Shown: positions 12,457 through 24,540 of the stretch, piece by piece
Layout: each line of letters starts with the position of its first letter
How positions within the stretch are numbered: position 1 is the stretch's first letter
NCBI GenBank assembly: GCA_973895155.1
Contig: OZ316894.1
Span: 502,289 to 557,767 of the forward strand
Source of the DNA: Marsupella aquatica
Taxonomy: Eukaryota; Plantae; Marchantiophyta
Length of the DNA: 55,479 bases
Reading direction: 5' to 3'
Program-made: the position numbers and the translations under genes
Notes under the pieces: model-generated
Databases searched by the model: none
What the model was told of the DNA's origin: nothing
Seen by the model: the letters and a program-made list of their open reading frames with translations, nothing else

Positions 12457-13066
12457 AGCCTCTCGGAGACCCTCTCTAAGATGGAGTCGTGGGCGTACTT
12501 TGGCCAGATGACACCACTTGTGGACCCTGTTAACAGTTTCAAAGGGTTAGCTACAACATACACTGTGTCTCTCAGAGACCCTCTCCGAGATGAAATTAAG
12601 GGTATTCCGTTTCAAAGGAAGGACCCAAATTGGTTCTATCCAACATCCGATGTCAGAGACCCTCTCTGAGATGTTGTGGTGTGGCCCGAACGGCCAGACG
12701 GCAAAAATTGTCAATCGCGTCTTGGGTGGAAAGGGAGGCAAGATTGCAACCCAATCGCTCGGAGACCCTCTCTGAGATGGAGCTGTGTGCCCCAAGTGGC
12801 CAGAGAGCAGTTCTCCCAGATTGCCTATTGGGTCAGAAAGGTCGCCAAATGAGACCCAGCCTCTCGGAGACCCTCTCTGAGATGGAGTCGTGGGCGTACT
12901 TTGGCCAGATGACACCACTTGTGGACCCTGTTAACAGTTTCAAAGGGTTAGCTACAACATACATTGTGTCTCTCAGAGACCCTCTCCGAGATTAAATTAA
13001 GGGTATTCCGTTTCAAATGAAGGACCCAAATTGGTTCTATCCCACATTCAATGTCAGAGACCCTCG
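12457..13066. repeat. Direct duplication of about 210 bp at about 400-bp spacing, rich in GAGACCCTC motifs
   Basis: agcctctcggagaccctctct.agatggagtcgtgggcg... starts at about 12457 and 12858 and is near-identical through tgtcagagaccctc. Confidence 0.85.
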
Positions 13067-13272
13067 CCAAAATACAAGGATGAACCCAAAAGTGCATGCA
13101 AAAACTGACCGTACAATACTTTTCAATGTTTTAACAATGTAATTCTGTACGGATCGCGTGTCCGTACAAATCTACCATCTCAAAGAGGCTTGCCGAGTAC
13201 AAATACTGTTCCCCAAATGACCCGAGTCCATCTCAGAGACCCCCACCGAGAATAATTTAGGGTGGAAACTAA

Positions 13273-13660
13273 ATGTCAGATACCCTCGCCGAGTAGGATT
13301 CTAGGTAAAAGTCTATGAGAATCCATCTCAGAATCTCGGAGACCCCCGCCAAGAATGACTTGGGATGAAAAGTAAATGACACTCAATGACCAAGGAAGTC
13401 CCTAATCCACCACAGAGAGGCTCGCCAGATAGCGCGACCGCATGTCAGAGACCCTCGCCGAGTAGGATTCTAGATAAAAGTCTATGAGAATCCATCTCAG
13501 AATCTCGGAGACCCCTGCCGAGAATGACTTGGGATGAAAAGTAAATGACACTCAACGACCGAGGAAATCCCTAATCCACCACAAAGAGGCTCGCCAGATA
13601 GCGCGACCGCATGTCAGAGACCCTCGCCGAGTAGGATTCTAGATAAAAGTCTATGAGAAT
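13273..13660. repeat. 169-bp tandem repeat, about 2.3 copies, cut by the family B LTR
   Basis: atgtcaga.accctcgccgagtaggattcta starts at 13273, 13442 and 13611. Confidence 0.9.
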
Positions 13661-16600
13661 TGTGATGCCTAGACAGGAATCACTCGGCCAGTTAAGTGGG
13701 TAAAGCAGGAAGGCACCCTAGGAACACCTTAGTATAGGGACAAAACAAGGAAAATATAAACCATTAGGGGCAACCATGGAACCCGGGCCGAGGCCGGAGG
13801 TAAGGACGCTGAGGGTGAAAACTCGATTAGGGTTAGGGCGCGTTAAGCGTCGGCGGCTAGGAAGGATCAACGGGAAGAAGGATCGGCAGAGGAGAGGGGT
13901 AAGGAGCGCTTGCAGGAGATGGTGGCTCATTTGCGAGCACGAACTAGGCAGACGACTACGGGAGGCCAACTACTGTCAGCTGCTTAGGCAAGCACTCGGG
14001 GAGAGAGTAGATACCGACGATCGACCTAAGGAGGGTATGAGCAACGTCAATCAAGCGGCACATTTCTGGGGATGCCTGTTCGAACGGGCAACTGAGTACA
14101 TCAAGACTTACGAGGACGAGGAATCAGAAAGGGCAGCTCGAGAACGGTAGGAGCTCGCTCGATTGTGGGAGCTGTAGAAGACGGCTTTCTTAGGAGGCCA
14201 ACTCATCAAGGATGAGTTCCTGTGGACGCCTACTTCCAATCAACTCGACGATCTTCTGTTTTGCAAAGACAGCGTCGTCGGCATCCGAGAGGCCATCAAG
14301 AACTGCAACGACATACACTGGGAATTAAAGGGTAGCACGGAAAGGTGGACCCAGGCAACGGTGCTAGGAGAAACCTCCACGGCAGCAGAGATGAAGAGGA
14401 AGGGAGCCGTCAACGATGAAGCCACCCCGGCAAAAAGAACGAGGTCGGCGGCACCAAAGAAGCCAGCCGAGCAGCAGAGCAGGAGGCAGGGAGAAGCCGA
14501 AGAGGAGGAGGTCGATCCCATCAAGGCCATTCCAACCAGGGATGACACCTGGAAGGGCTGGGCGGCAACCCTACCGGTGGAGGTGCAACTACATTTTGCA
14601 CGGGAGGAGGATGCATGCTTCACGGCCATGCAGACCAAGAAGTACCAAGGCTTCATGGCCGGATCCGGCTTAGAGGCCTTTGTAAGATTACCATGGCTGA
14701 AGCCGGAGGTACCGGAGTCAGACCTATTAGAATTCGTGGGGTCATGGGAACCCGAGACCAATTGCACGAGGATATATGGGAAGGATTTCTATCTTACTCC
14801 CAAGGTAATTGCCGAAGTGTTTGGCTTGCCGATAGGCAATAAGACCAAAGTTGATACCAGGAAGACCTTGCCTGACAAGGAGTTCCGGTCGTTCCCCGGG
14901 CCATCAACGAAGAATGGCTTCTTCCGGAACACCTGCACCAACCCGCACATAGGAGAGATGATCAACTTCTTGCGGGTGACCATGCATTGTAACTTGCCGA
15001 GGGCAGAGATCGGCAAGGCACAGGTCTATCTGGCAGAAAGGCCAGACCCAAGCCGGGACTACAACGGGTACCTCCTCAACCAATTGAAGAAGATCTTAAA
15101 GGAGGAGCAGCAGGTAATCGGCATGGGGAGCGTGTCGCGGCTTGGCTATCACATGCCGCTGTTGTGCCGGTATGCCAGAGGTCAGACTTTTGCCCCGGTA
15201 CTTCCCCTGCATGTAAGGGCACCCGAGGAAGCTCCAACGCCGAGGCCGTTGGCTGAGAAGCCTCAACCACCTGTTAGCCCTACGATCGAGCAGGTGTTTA
15301 GGCCCAGGAAGGAGGACTTGCCGATGCAGCAACCAGGCATGCAGAGTCTGCTGAAACTACTGGAGAAAGAAAAGAAATTGGCATCAGCAACAACAACGGC
15401 AACGGCAACAATGCAGGACACTACTACAGAGGTAGGCCTACACCGGCTCACAAGAGAAAACCCCTTTGCTGGAGACAAGGAGAGAATCAGGCCTGAATCC
15501 AAGCCAGGTGTTCGAATGTATGTGGGAATCTCAAGCTCCGAATCTGAGGCAGAATTGCCTGAAGCTCCTACCCACGAAGAGGAGAGGGAGAAGCCGGATG
15601 GCCAAGAAGTAGAGGAGGCAGTGGAGGACTGCAGCCATGATAATTCCAGCTATGGGTCGGACCATCACGTCCCAGGAGTAAGGACCTGTGGCCGGTTTGT
15701 CCCCACACTTCCAAGGGTAGTGCGAGGGGACCCCAACCAGCAGAGTAGCCCTGAGTCTCCCCCACCAGATGTTGCTCCCCCGAGCTTCGACGGCATAAAA
15801 CAGACGGTGCAGGAATTTCATGAGCGAATCAAGCAGGAAGAGGAGGCAGCCCTGGCTAAGGAAAAGGATTTACCAGGAGGAGATTGGCCGGAGGATATCA
15901 GGCGGCTAGCCAAAAAAGGAAGCAAACCTCTAGCCACGATTGAAGAGATCCGCAAGATGGCTTGGGAGCAGAGGCCGCGATGGGCGATGCCGATCACTTC
16001 TACTTACTCCACCTACGCTAAGAATAGAGCCATGGAGTATGGTGAGATGTGTGGGGAACTTGCGCTCGGCATCTTTGGAGAGGAGTTGGAGGTAGGACCC
16101 TTTTTCCATAGGGAGCAGTTGGAGAAGCACCAATTAGAAGAAGCGGTGGCTTTAGAGAGAAGCAAGAAGGACGAGGTCATTCGGCGGCTTAGGAGGATGG
16201 AAGCCGAGATTGAAGATCTAAGGGCGGCCAAGAAAGCCCAAGATGAACTGCGGATTAAACGACATGAGCTGAACATCATGCAGGGGCAGTTGGACACCGC
16301 GCAGGCTGATAATCAGAATATCAAGGATAGACTGACTCAGACGCAGGGAGAGTTGGCCGACACGATCAAAGAGAGGGAGAAGTGGAAGCAAGAGCTGAAG
16401 AATACAGAGGAGGCCCACATAACAGCCAACAGCCGGGCCATGGCGGAGACCCAAAGAAAGGAATGGGCGTTGAAGGGGGAGCTCGAGAAAATCCGCGGAG
16501 CCCTTGAGCAGAAGGAGGCCGAGTTAGGGAAATCCTATCAAGGGATTATGGCGCTGCAGCAGGAGCTTGCGTCCCTGACGGCCAGCTTCAAGGCCGACCT

Positions 16601-18323
16601 AAGGGAGAAGGACGAGATGCTCGAACAGACTTACGCCAAGATGAACCAGATGAAGTCTGTCATCATTGTAGAGCTCGACAAGGAGCTAAGAGCAACCCAG
16701 GAGGAGAGGACTACCTTGAAACAAGAACGGGAGGAAGCCCAGAAGGAACTAGAGGAGGCACGCAAGGACCTGGATGAGACCCAGGAGGAGTTGGAGGAAA
16801 TCACGAGGAAGATGGAGAACCTCCAGCGGCGGGCCGACAACCAAACGGAGCGGCTGAAGAAACAAGCCGCAGTATTTAAGTGCTTGTCTTCATCAGGCCC
16901 AACTCCAATTGGGGCAACCAAGTTACCAGGAGTGGTACTGGCCGAAGAAAAAGCCGCGCCAACTACACCAGTGCCGGAAGTAAGTGGGAAGGGGAAGGGA
17001 CCAGCTGCCGAACCAGAAAAGAAGAAAAAGCGGAAACCTTCAGGGTCAAGGAGTAATCCGACTCCACAAGCCGTGGTGACCAAAAAGGTAGAACCAGCAC
17101 CATCCTCCGGCATGAATACGGCAATAGATCCCGCTATCATCACAGGTGGGGGTGGTGCGGCCCAAGCCGAACTACTCAGTAATGAGGCCGGTATTCCAGA
17201 TCCGCCTCTTGAGCAGGCCGGGGAGACCGTAGCCGAGGCTGAGGCCGTAACCGATTCCCAAGCCGACGCCGACGCCGATGGTGGACCCAGTCAGGCCGAG
17301 GGAGAATTGACTCAGTCAAGGGCAGGTAATCTGTCAAGGAATGAGCCTACGGCAGTGGCTGAGGAGGAAGCGTTGGGGGCGTCCATTAAGGATCCACCAC
17401 CGGTGTCGTGACGGTGCAAGGGCGCCGTTCCTTTTAGGGAGGGCGGACGTGGAGGGAGGAGGCGTGAGTGGGCAGGGCGGGCTCGGATCTCCACGTTTAG
17501 GATTAGGATCAGAACCAGGAGCGGCCCTGACACTTAGCTTAGTGGGATTGCGGTCCCACTAGTAGGAGCAACACTTGTGCTCCTGCCTTGCTGTACATAG
17601 GTAGATTCGGGCAAGTAGATTACTATTAGGTAGATTAGGCTTACGATGCAAAGAATGGCGGATCCACTACCAGGATAAGTACCTGGGCAGCGGGGAGCTC
17701 AGGGCCTCTTCTTTAGCAAGTTTTTAGTTTGCACCAGCCGGGCTGGGATCAAGTAGTACGAGAAGCTCTCGGTTAGTCATACAGTGACCCTTGTGTATAT
17801 TCATGTTTCCTCATGCCTAAGAGCTGAATAGAGTTGGCCTCACGGCTTAGTTCGCAGAACTTGTGTATGAGATGTACTGTTTGTATGGCAAGTGCATGGT
17901 ATGACTCAGTCAGAATGAGTCATTTTGCTATTTGTGTGTCGCATTAACTTGTGTGAAGAGTGCCCACATCAACCAGAAGGAAGGAAAGTAAGCAGGGGAG
18001 TGAGAGTTGGATGTGTCGAGCTGAGAGAGGTCTTAGCGGCTTAACCAAGCCTATTGGGGATCATTCCGGCGGCGGAATCCAAACATACCTAACAAGACGG
18101 AGGGGAAGACAGGGGAAGGCCTAGATTAGGCTGGCTACGTATCTCATGACCCGATGAAGGATCTGTCCAGTATATGTGTGTAAAATGTTAATAGTAGTAG
18201 TAGAAGGTTAGCAGCGTCCCATGCCGCTAAGCCGCGGAAACGGCCTCGCCAAGCGCGAAACCTGCGGGAATCGGCTTGAGCTGGGGGGTTTCTTGGGTTT
18301 AGGGAGCCATGGGACGCACCACA
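13661..18323 (+). repeat. Family B 5' LTR (4663 bp)
   Basis: TGTGATGCC...GCACCACA followed by the PBS. Near-identical to 24541-29208. Confidence 0.95.
13776..17411 (+). pseudogene. LTR-internal ORF of family B (1211 codons; two TAG stops at 14148 and 14174)
   Basis: Same frame as the uninterrupted copy starting at 51771, which has CAG at both positions. Contains a basic N-terminus, FGLP/NGF domain, acidic/Pro linker and long heptad coiled coil. Confidence 0.85.
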
Positions 18324-18327
18324 TTTT

Positions 18328-18345
18328 TGGCGCTAGATGGAGGGG
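18328..18345 (+). promoter_or_regulatory. Primer binding site, probably tRNA-Asn(GUU)
   Basis: TGGCGCTAGATGGAGGGG, 4 nt after the LTR-terminal CA. Confidence 0.85.
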
Positions 18346-18392
18346 GCATTTCTTAAGCCGTGAGATATGAAGTTAGAACGGAAGCGTAGGTA

Positions 18393-21386
18393 ATGACTGA
18401 CCTTACACCGAGGGAAGAAAGAGTGATTCAACGGGAGAGAGCTCGACTGTAGCAGCTCGCCGGGTGGCATGATACACAGCGACTGAGAGGGGCAGAAAGA
18501 GCTGGTAGCTCCGAAACTGGAAGTGGCGTCGAAGAAGACATACCAGAAGAAGAGTCGGTAAGGAGAAGTGAGTCTCCAACCGACATGGGGGAACCAGAGG
18601 CACGGCCAGACGAGAGGCCAGGGACCAGATTGAGCCAGCGGTCACGCATACATTACAAGGCATTTCATGGGAGAGGAGATGAGGATCCGGACGAATGGTT
18701 GGATGATTTCGAGGGAACCGCTGCAGCAAATGGAGAATCGGCCATCAAGATGCAGATTCTTCCCGGCCTGTTCAAGGGTGAGGCTAGGCCTTGGTACAGA
18801 GCATTAGATGTGGAAGATCAAGCCATCTGGGATATCTTCAAAACACTCTTTGTTAAGGAGTTTCGACCCATTGGAACTTCAGAACTAGCAGTGCTGAAGT
18901 TGGGACAACTTCGGTTCAAGGAGAACAAATCCTTCAGGAAGTTCTTGCAACGCTTTCAGAAACTGGTAAGACGTACAAAGACCAATGCATCTGAAGGTAT
19001 GCAACTTCAATGGTTGGTGAATGCTTTGCCACAGAAGATGAGTTTTGCAATTAGGAAGGAGAACCCGGAGACCTTAGCCGAAGCAATTAAGGATATTCAA
19101 TTATACATTAATGTAGATATCACAAGCCGGAAGAAACAGCTTAAGTCTGAGAGTTCCTCATCAGAAGAGGGATCACCCCATAAGAAAAAAGATAAGAAGA
19201 AGAAACATTCTAAGAAGTATAGAAGTGATAAGTCAAGCTCGGATAGTGGGAGTAGCAAGAGTGAGTCATCTTCTAGTTCTGAAGAAGAAAAAACTAGGAA
19301 AAGGAAGGGCAGAAGGAGAGGGAAGACGAAAGTCAAGCTGGAGGCTAAGCCACCAGATAACATCGTAGCCCTTACCGAGCAACTTAAGGCTATCATTGCA
19401 GAGGTAAAACCGAAGAAGAAGGTAGTACAGGAGGATAGCTCTGTATGGTGTGCCTTATGTTATAAAACCGGACACCATAAAGATGCGTGTCCTAAGCTTA
19501 ATACTAATCATGTTTGGCATGTGGCCGAGATCAGACCATGTCAGGGAGAAGTAGAGTACTTTTTAGGAGATGCCGCTGATAGTGTTTTCGGCATCAGTGA
19601 GACTGGAGCACGAGACCTATCCAACAGACCTGCATCTCTATGGTCAGGGTTAAGGAACAATCCAGGAGAGATGTATCCTCGGATTATTCAGAACCCGTCA
19701 GTACCTCCTAGGCCGAATGTGCAAAGATTTGCGGCGTGCTATAATTGTGGTCAACCTGGCCATTTTGCTAGAGAATGCCCGAATGCACGCAAACAGGGTG
19801 ATGGACAACCAGCTCAGCTATGTATGGGATGCCGACAGGAAGGTCATATGCTAGGGCAATGTCCTACTTGGTTGGCAGGCCTGGCCGCAAATCATAAACT
19901 TTTGCCGGTCAAGATCCTACCGCCAGGCACTACCCCCGGAGGAGTTCAAATCAACCACATCGAACTAGGATGGCAAGAGGATGTCGAGGCAGAGTTCGTA
20001 CCATCTGATGATGAGGCCGAAGCCCTATCAACCTTCTCAGAGGAGGATTTAGATCATGATTGCTACCGGGTCTCTACTCGATCTACCAGAAGGAAGGAAA
20101 GGTGGGATGGGCTGGCCAAAAATAAAGGGAAGGTTACGGAGGAAAAGATCGACTCTTCGTCAACATCAACAGAAGGAGAAGGGAGGGCTCCGGCAATACA
20201 GGTAAGCCATGAGCCCACCAGTGAAACCAATCCTTCACAAGATAGCGACTTCAATCGAGATCATCCTAAGTTGTTCTACCCCTCTGTTACGGCTAGTGTT
20301 AAGGAACAACTAAGAGAATTAGAAACCCTGGAGAATACCGAAGCCATTGCCAAGGATGTAAAATGAGCAAAAGCATTGTTTGCTTCGGAAGACCCAACAG
20401 CTGTGGAGACTAGCGTGGCAAAACTGGCCAAATCCAAGACGGAGACACCACCAGAGGAGAAGCCGATTGTTCCCTATGACCTGGCTAAAGATGTACTAGA
20501 ATCTAGAGTCTCGGCAACAGTAGGTCAACTATTGAAAAATAGCCCGTACTTCCGGAAGCAATTAAGGAAGGCTATTCTCGGCAAGCCGAGATTACCCAAG
20601 GTAGCAACCAGATCCGACGTACTAATGATAGAAGAAGATCAAGGAGCCCTAGCATTACCATTAATGATTCAAGGAGAATTATTACTACGGGTACCCATCG
20701 ATGGAGGATCAGGGGTATGTATTATGATTGATTCAACAGCAAAAGGGTGGGGTCTAACACCGGAGATGACTGGAAGAGTGTTGAACATGGCCAATGGATA
20801 TCAGGTCATTCCCACGGGAGTGTTAACCGGCATCAAGACAGAGATAGGAGGTATCTTCTTTAGCATTAACTATGTAGTAATGAAGCCGGTAAATCCTACG
20901 TCATTCCGGCTATTGATTGGTAGGCCATGGCTGTACCTAGCCGAGGTAATAGAAGATTGGGGTAAAAAGCAGTTCACTTTCGGGACCCCCTCTATCACGG
21001 TATCCTGGGACACTAAGGATGACCGTAGGAAAAGCATAAGGGAAGTAGATGGGTACGACAGTGGACTGGAGTCAGCCGATGAAGTACGTTGGTTAGAATG
21101 CCTCACTGACCTAACCGAAGAAAGTGTCTTTGGACCAGAGGTACCCCCCAGCGGATTATGGCAAGAACCAATGGAAGGTGACTTGGAAGAAGAAGACGAA
21201 GAGGTCGAGGACTGCTTTACAATAGAATCCACCTTTTTAGTTGCAATTCCGGAGGAAGTAAAGGATGTAGACCAATTGGATGAAACGGCTAAGTGGGGAG
21301 CAGTAGCAGGGATAGTGGATTTTCTGCAGGCGTTGTGGCAGAGCCGGCAGGGTTCACAACGCCATCGATCATCGGCAAGGAATTAA
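18393..21386 (+). pseudogene. gag-protease ORF (in-frame stops near 18450 and at 20364)
   Basis: ATG 18393 and ORFs 18585-20366 and 20376-21386 are all in one frame. Contains DPDEWLDDF, three CCHC knuckles, protease PIDGGSG and LLIGRPWL. Confidence 0.88.
21317..21363 (+). promoter_or_regulatory. Candidate programmed -1 ribosomal frameshift signal
   Basis: G_GAT_TTT is in correct phase at 21317-21323, followed by a 5-nt spacer and a perfect 9-bp stem GGCGTTGTG/CACAACGCC. It lies in the -1 overlap of the gag-PR and RT ORFs. Confidence 0.7.
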
Positions 21387-24300
21387 ATACCAAGGGATCG
21401 GCATACAAGCCGATTACGAGGGCAGAACAAATTGAGGCCCTATTAGAAGCCGAGAGAGCACAGCGGCCTGACTCTCAAGAGCAAGAGGTGGATGAGATGG
21501 ACAGACACAATCCAGAGCCAAGGCAGGAAGGGGAGCCGACCACCAATTCAAAACCGAATAGACCGGCAAGGGGACAATCTATGGACACCAAGGACGGGAC
21601 CGACTCGGCTAGTCCAGCCGAGATTCCAGTTTATGGAGGTATGAGATTAGAGAGACTGGAAGCCGAACTGGACCCGAATTTGAAGAAGCAGATTAATATG
21701 ATCCAAGCACGGCAATATCGGAAGCTCGACTTAGGAGAGGGAAGAGAACTGAACTTAGGGAGAAACCTAGCACCTGAGCTCGAGAAAGAGATCAGTGACT
21801 TATTGATTGAATTTCAGGATGTGTTTGCATGGAGTCACCAAGATCTAAAGGGAGTAGATCCAACACTAGGGGAACATCGAATTGATCTCATGTTAGGAGC
21901 CAAATCATTTCGACAACCAATTCGAAGGATGAACCCGAAGTATTCCCTGCTGGTCAAAACAGAAATCGACAAACTAGTGGAAGCTGGATTCATCACTCCA
22001 GTCCTGCATTCAGACTGGGTGTCTCCAATTGTGATAGTTCCCAAGAAAGCTGGACCCGATGGTAAACCCAAGATCCGGGTTTGTCAGGATTACAGGAAGC
22101 TGAATGAAGCAACATTAAAAGACCATTTTCCTTTACCGTTTACTGATATGGTACTAGATATGGTAGCCAGTCATGAACTATATTCATTCATGGATGGATA
22201 CTCTGGTTATAACCAAATCAGGATTCGGCAGGAAGACCAAATCAAGACGGCCTTCATCACGGAATGGGGGATCTATGTCTTCAATCGTATGCCGTTTGGA
22301 CTCTGCAACGCACCAGCTATGTTCCAACGATTAATGGTGAACATTTTTCATGATTACTTGAGAAAGTTCATGGAAATCTTCATTGACGACTTTGCAGTAT
22401 TCGGGAAGGCATCGAAACATGCTAAATACCTCAGGAAAACCTTCATGAGATGTAGAGAGGTGGGTCTCAAGTTACACCCAGATAAATGTTTTTTTGCAGT
22501 AACCGAGGGGGTGCTACTAGGTCACAAGGTATCAAGGAAGGGCATTGAGATTGACAAAGGTAAGCTAGCAGTATGGCTAGATATCATGCAACCTAAGAAC
22601 ATAAAGGATGTAAGATCCTTCTTGGGATGCATTGGTTACTATCGCCGGTTCATCAAGGATTTTGCCAAGCTAGCTTTACCATTAACCAACATGCTCAAGG
22701 CAGGAGCAGACTTCGAACCCACACCCGAACGAGTCACAGCGGTGGTAGAATTGAAGCAGATGTTAGTAGAGGCCCCAGTCATGATAGCACCGGACTGGAA
22801 CAAAGATTTTCATGTTTTTGTAGATGTCTCGGGCTTCTGTATTGGCTCAGTACTAAGTCAGTTGGATGAGAAAGGAAGGGACCATCCCATATACTTCGCA
22901 AGCCGTCAGCTTGCCGATGCCGAACGGAACTACTCTACCACGGAAAGAGAAGCATTAGGAGTCATTTATTCTTGTAAAAAGTTTAGGCATTATTTACTAG
23001 GGTACAAGGTAATCTTTCATACTGATCATGAAAGTACCTAGTCAATAAGCCGGACCTTACAGGCAGAGTAGCAAGATGGATTTTGCTATTACAGGAGTTT
23101 GACTATGAGCTGAGGATCAAGCCGGGAAAGTTACATGCCAATGCCGACTTCTTTTCAAGGATCACAGGTAAACCTGCCACGGATTGCATCGATGATCAAT
23201 TCCCCGACGAGGAGCTATTCGTTGTGGAAATAGCTGGTACATGGTACCCTGAGATTTTACAATTTCTCAGCACTTCCAGATTACAGCCAGGATTAAGCCG
23301 AGAGCAAGCCGCAGTCTTTGTGCGGAAGGTCAGACAGTATCAGTGCATTAAAGGCATACTGCACAAGCATGGAATCAACGGCACGATTCAAAGGTGTTTG
23401 GAAAAGAGAGAGGTAAAATGAGTCCTACGGGCCATGCATGGAGAGGAGGCCGGAGGACATTTTGCCCCAGTAACCACGTCTAAGAAGATATTAAATGCCG
23501 GTTACTGGTGGCCCACCTTGCACAAAGATGTCTATCAGTTTATCAAACAATGCGATCCTTGTCAACGAGCGGGAGGACCAAGGGCGTCCACCAGACATCC
23601 ACTGCACCCTATTCTATCTCTGGCACCATTCGAGAAGTGGGGTATTGATTACATTGGACCTCTGAAACCACTGACCCACCCTCGACGGAACAAGTACATA
23701 ATCCTGGCTACGGATTATGCAACTAAATGGGTAGAGGCCAGACCAACAACGAAGGATGATGCAATTACTACGGCTAGATTCATGTATGAGCAGATCTTTA
23801 CCAGGTATGGAGCACCCCTAGAATTAGTTAGTGATAGAGGAACCCATTTTTTGAATGATATAATTAGTCGTTTAAATGAGCAGTATTTAGTTAAACATAG
23901 GCCTACTACTCCCTACCATCCAAAGGCAAACGGGTTGACAGAACGAGCAAACGGAATTATAGGAAAGATATTGAACAAGACAGTAGCTCAGAACAAACTC
24001 GATTGGGATGATAAATTGTTTGCTGCTGTTTTTGCTTACAATCTTGCCTATAAATCCACTACCGGTCATACACCCTTCTTCTTAACCTTTGGACAAGAAG
24101 CCCTGGTACCCATGCAACTTGAGATACCGACATTTCAAGTTACAATTGAGGAAAGAGCCTCAGCGTAGGAGAGCCTAAAGGAGCGAGAATATAGGTTAGA
24201 AGCTTTAGAGGAGGCGAGAATGATTTCAGCCGAGAGAGTAGAATATAGACAGAATATCATGAAGCAGCAGTATGATAAAAAGTTGAAAGTAGTTAGTATT

Positions 24301-24527
24301 CATACCGGTGATCTTGTGCTACTTTATGACAGTAGGTATAGTAGGTTTCCAGGAAAGCTTTACACTCGCTGGTTAGGACCCTTTAGAGTAACCATGATGT
24401 TCCCCAATGGCTTCGTACAATTGGCCAACATTACGGGAGAGGTATATCCAGTTTGCATCCATTATGACCGCCTCAAGAAATACTATATGGACGAAGATGA
24501 AGTTGTTCGCGAGGACGCTTCACAATT

Positions 24528-24537
24528 AAGTGGGGAG
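24528..24537 (+). promoter_or_regulatory. Polypurine tract inside the integrase CDS
   Basis: AAGTGGGGAG lies 3 nt upstream of the 3' LTR start TGTGATG. Confidence 0.7.
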
Positions 24538-24540
24538 CTA

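Noticed and set aside
13273-13660. 169-bp repeat as a centromeric satellite
   Set aside because: Only about 2.3 copies, built from the same motif as the MULE subterminal repeats.
16100-16900. Coiled coil suggesting a host SMC or myosin gene
   Set aside because: No ATPase or motor motifs, and it is repeated inside each LTR.
14240-17143. Antisense ORFs (175 aa, 170 aa and others) repeated in each LTR
   Set aside because: Shadows of the purine-rich sense ORF; they recur only because the LTRs are copies.
13776-17411. LTR ORF as a retroviral-type envelope protein
   Set aside because: No signal peptide or hydrophobic transmembrane segment is visible; the protein is highly charged.
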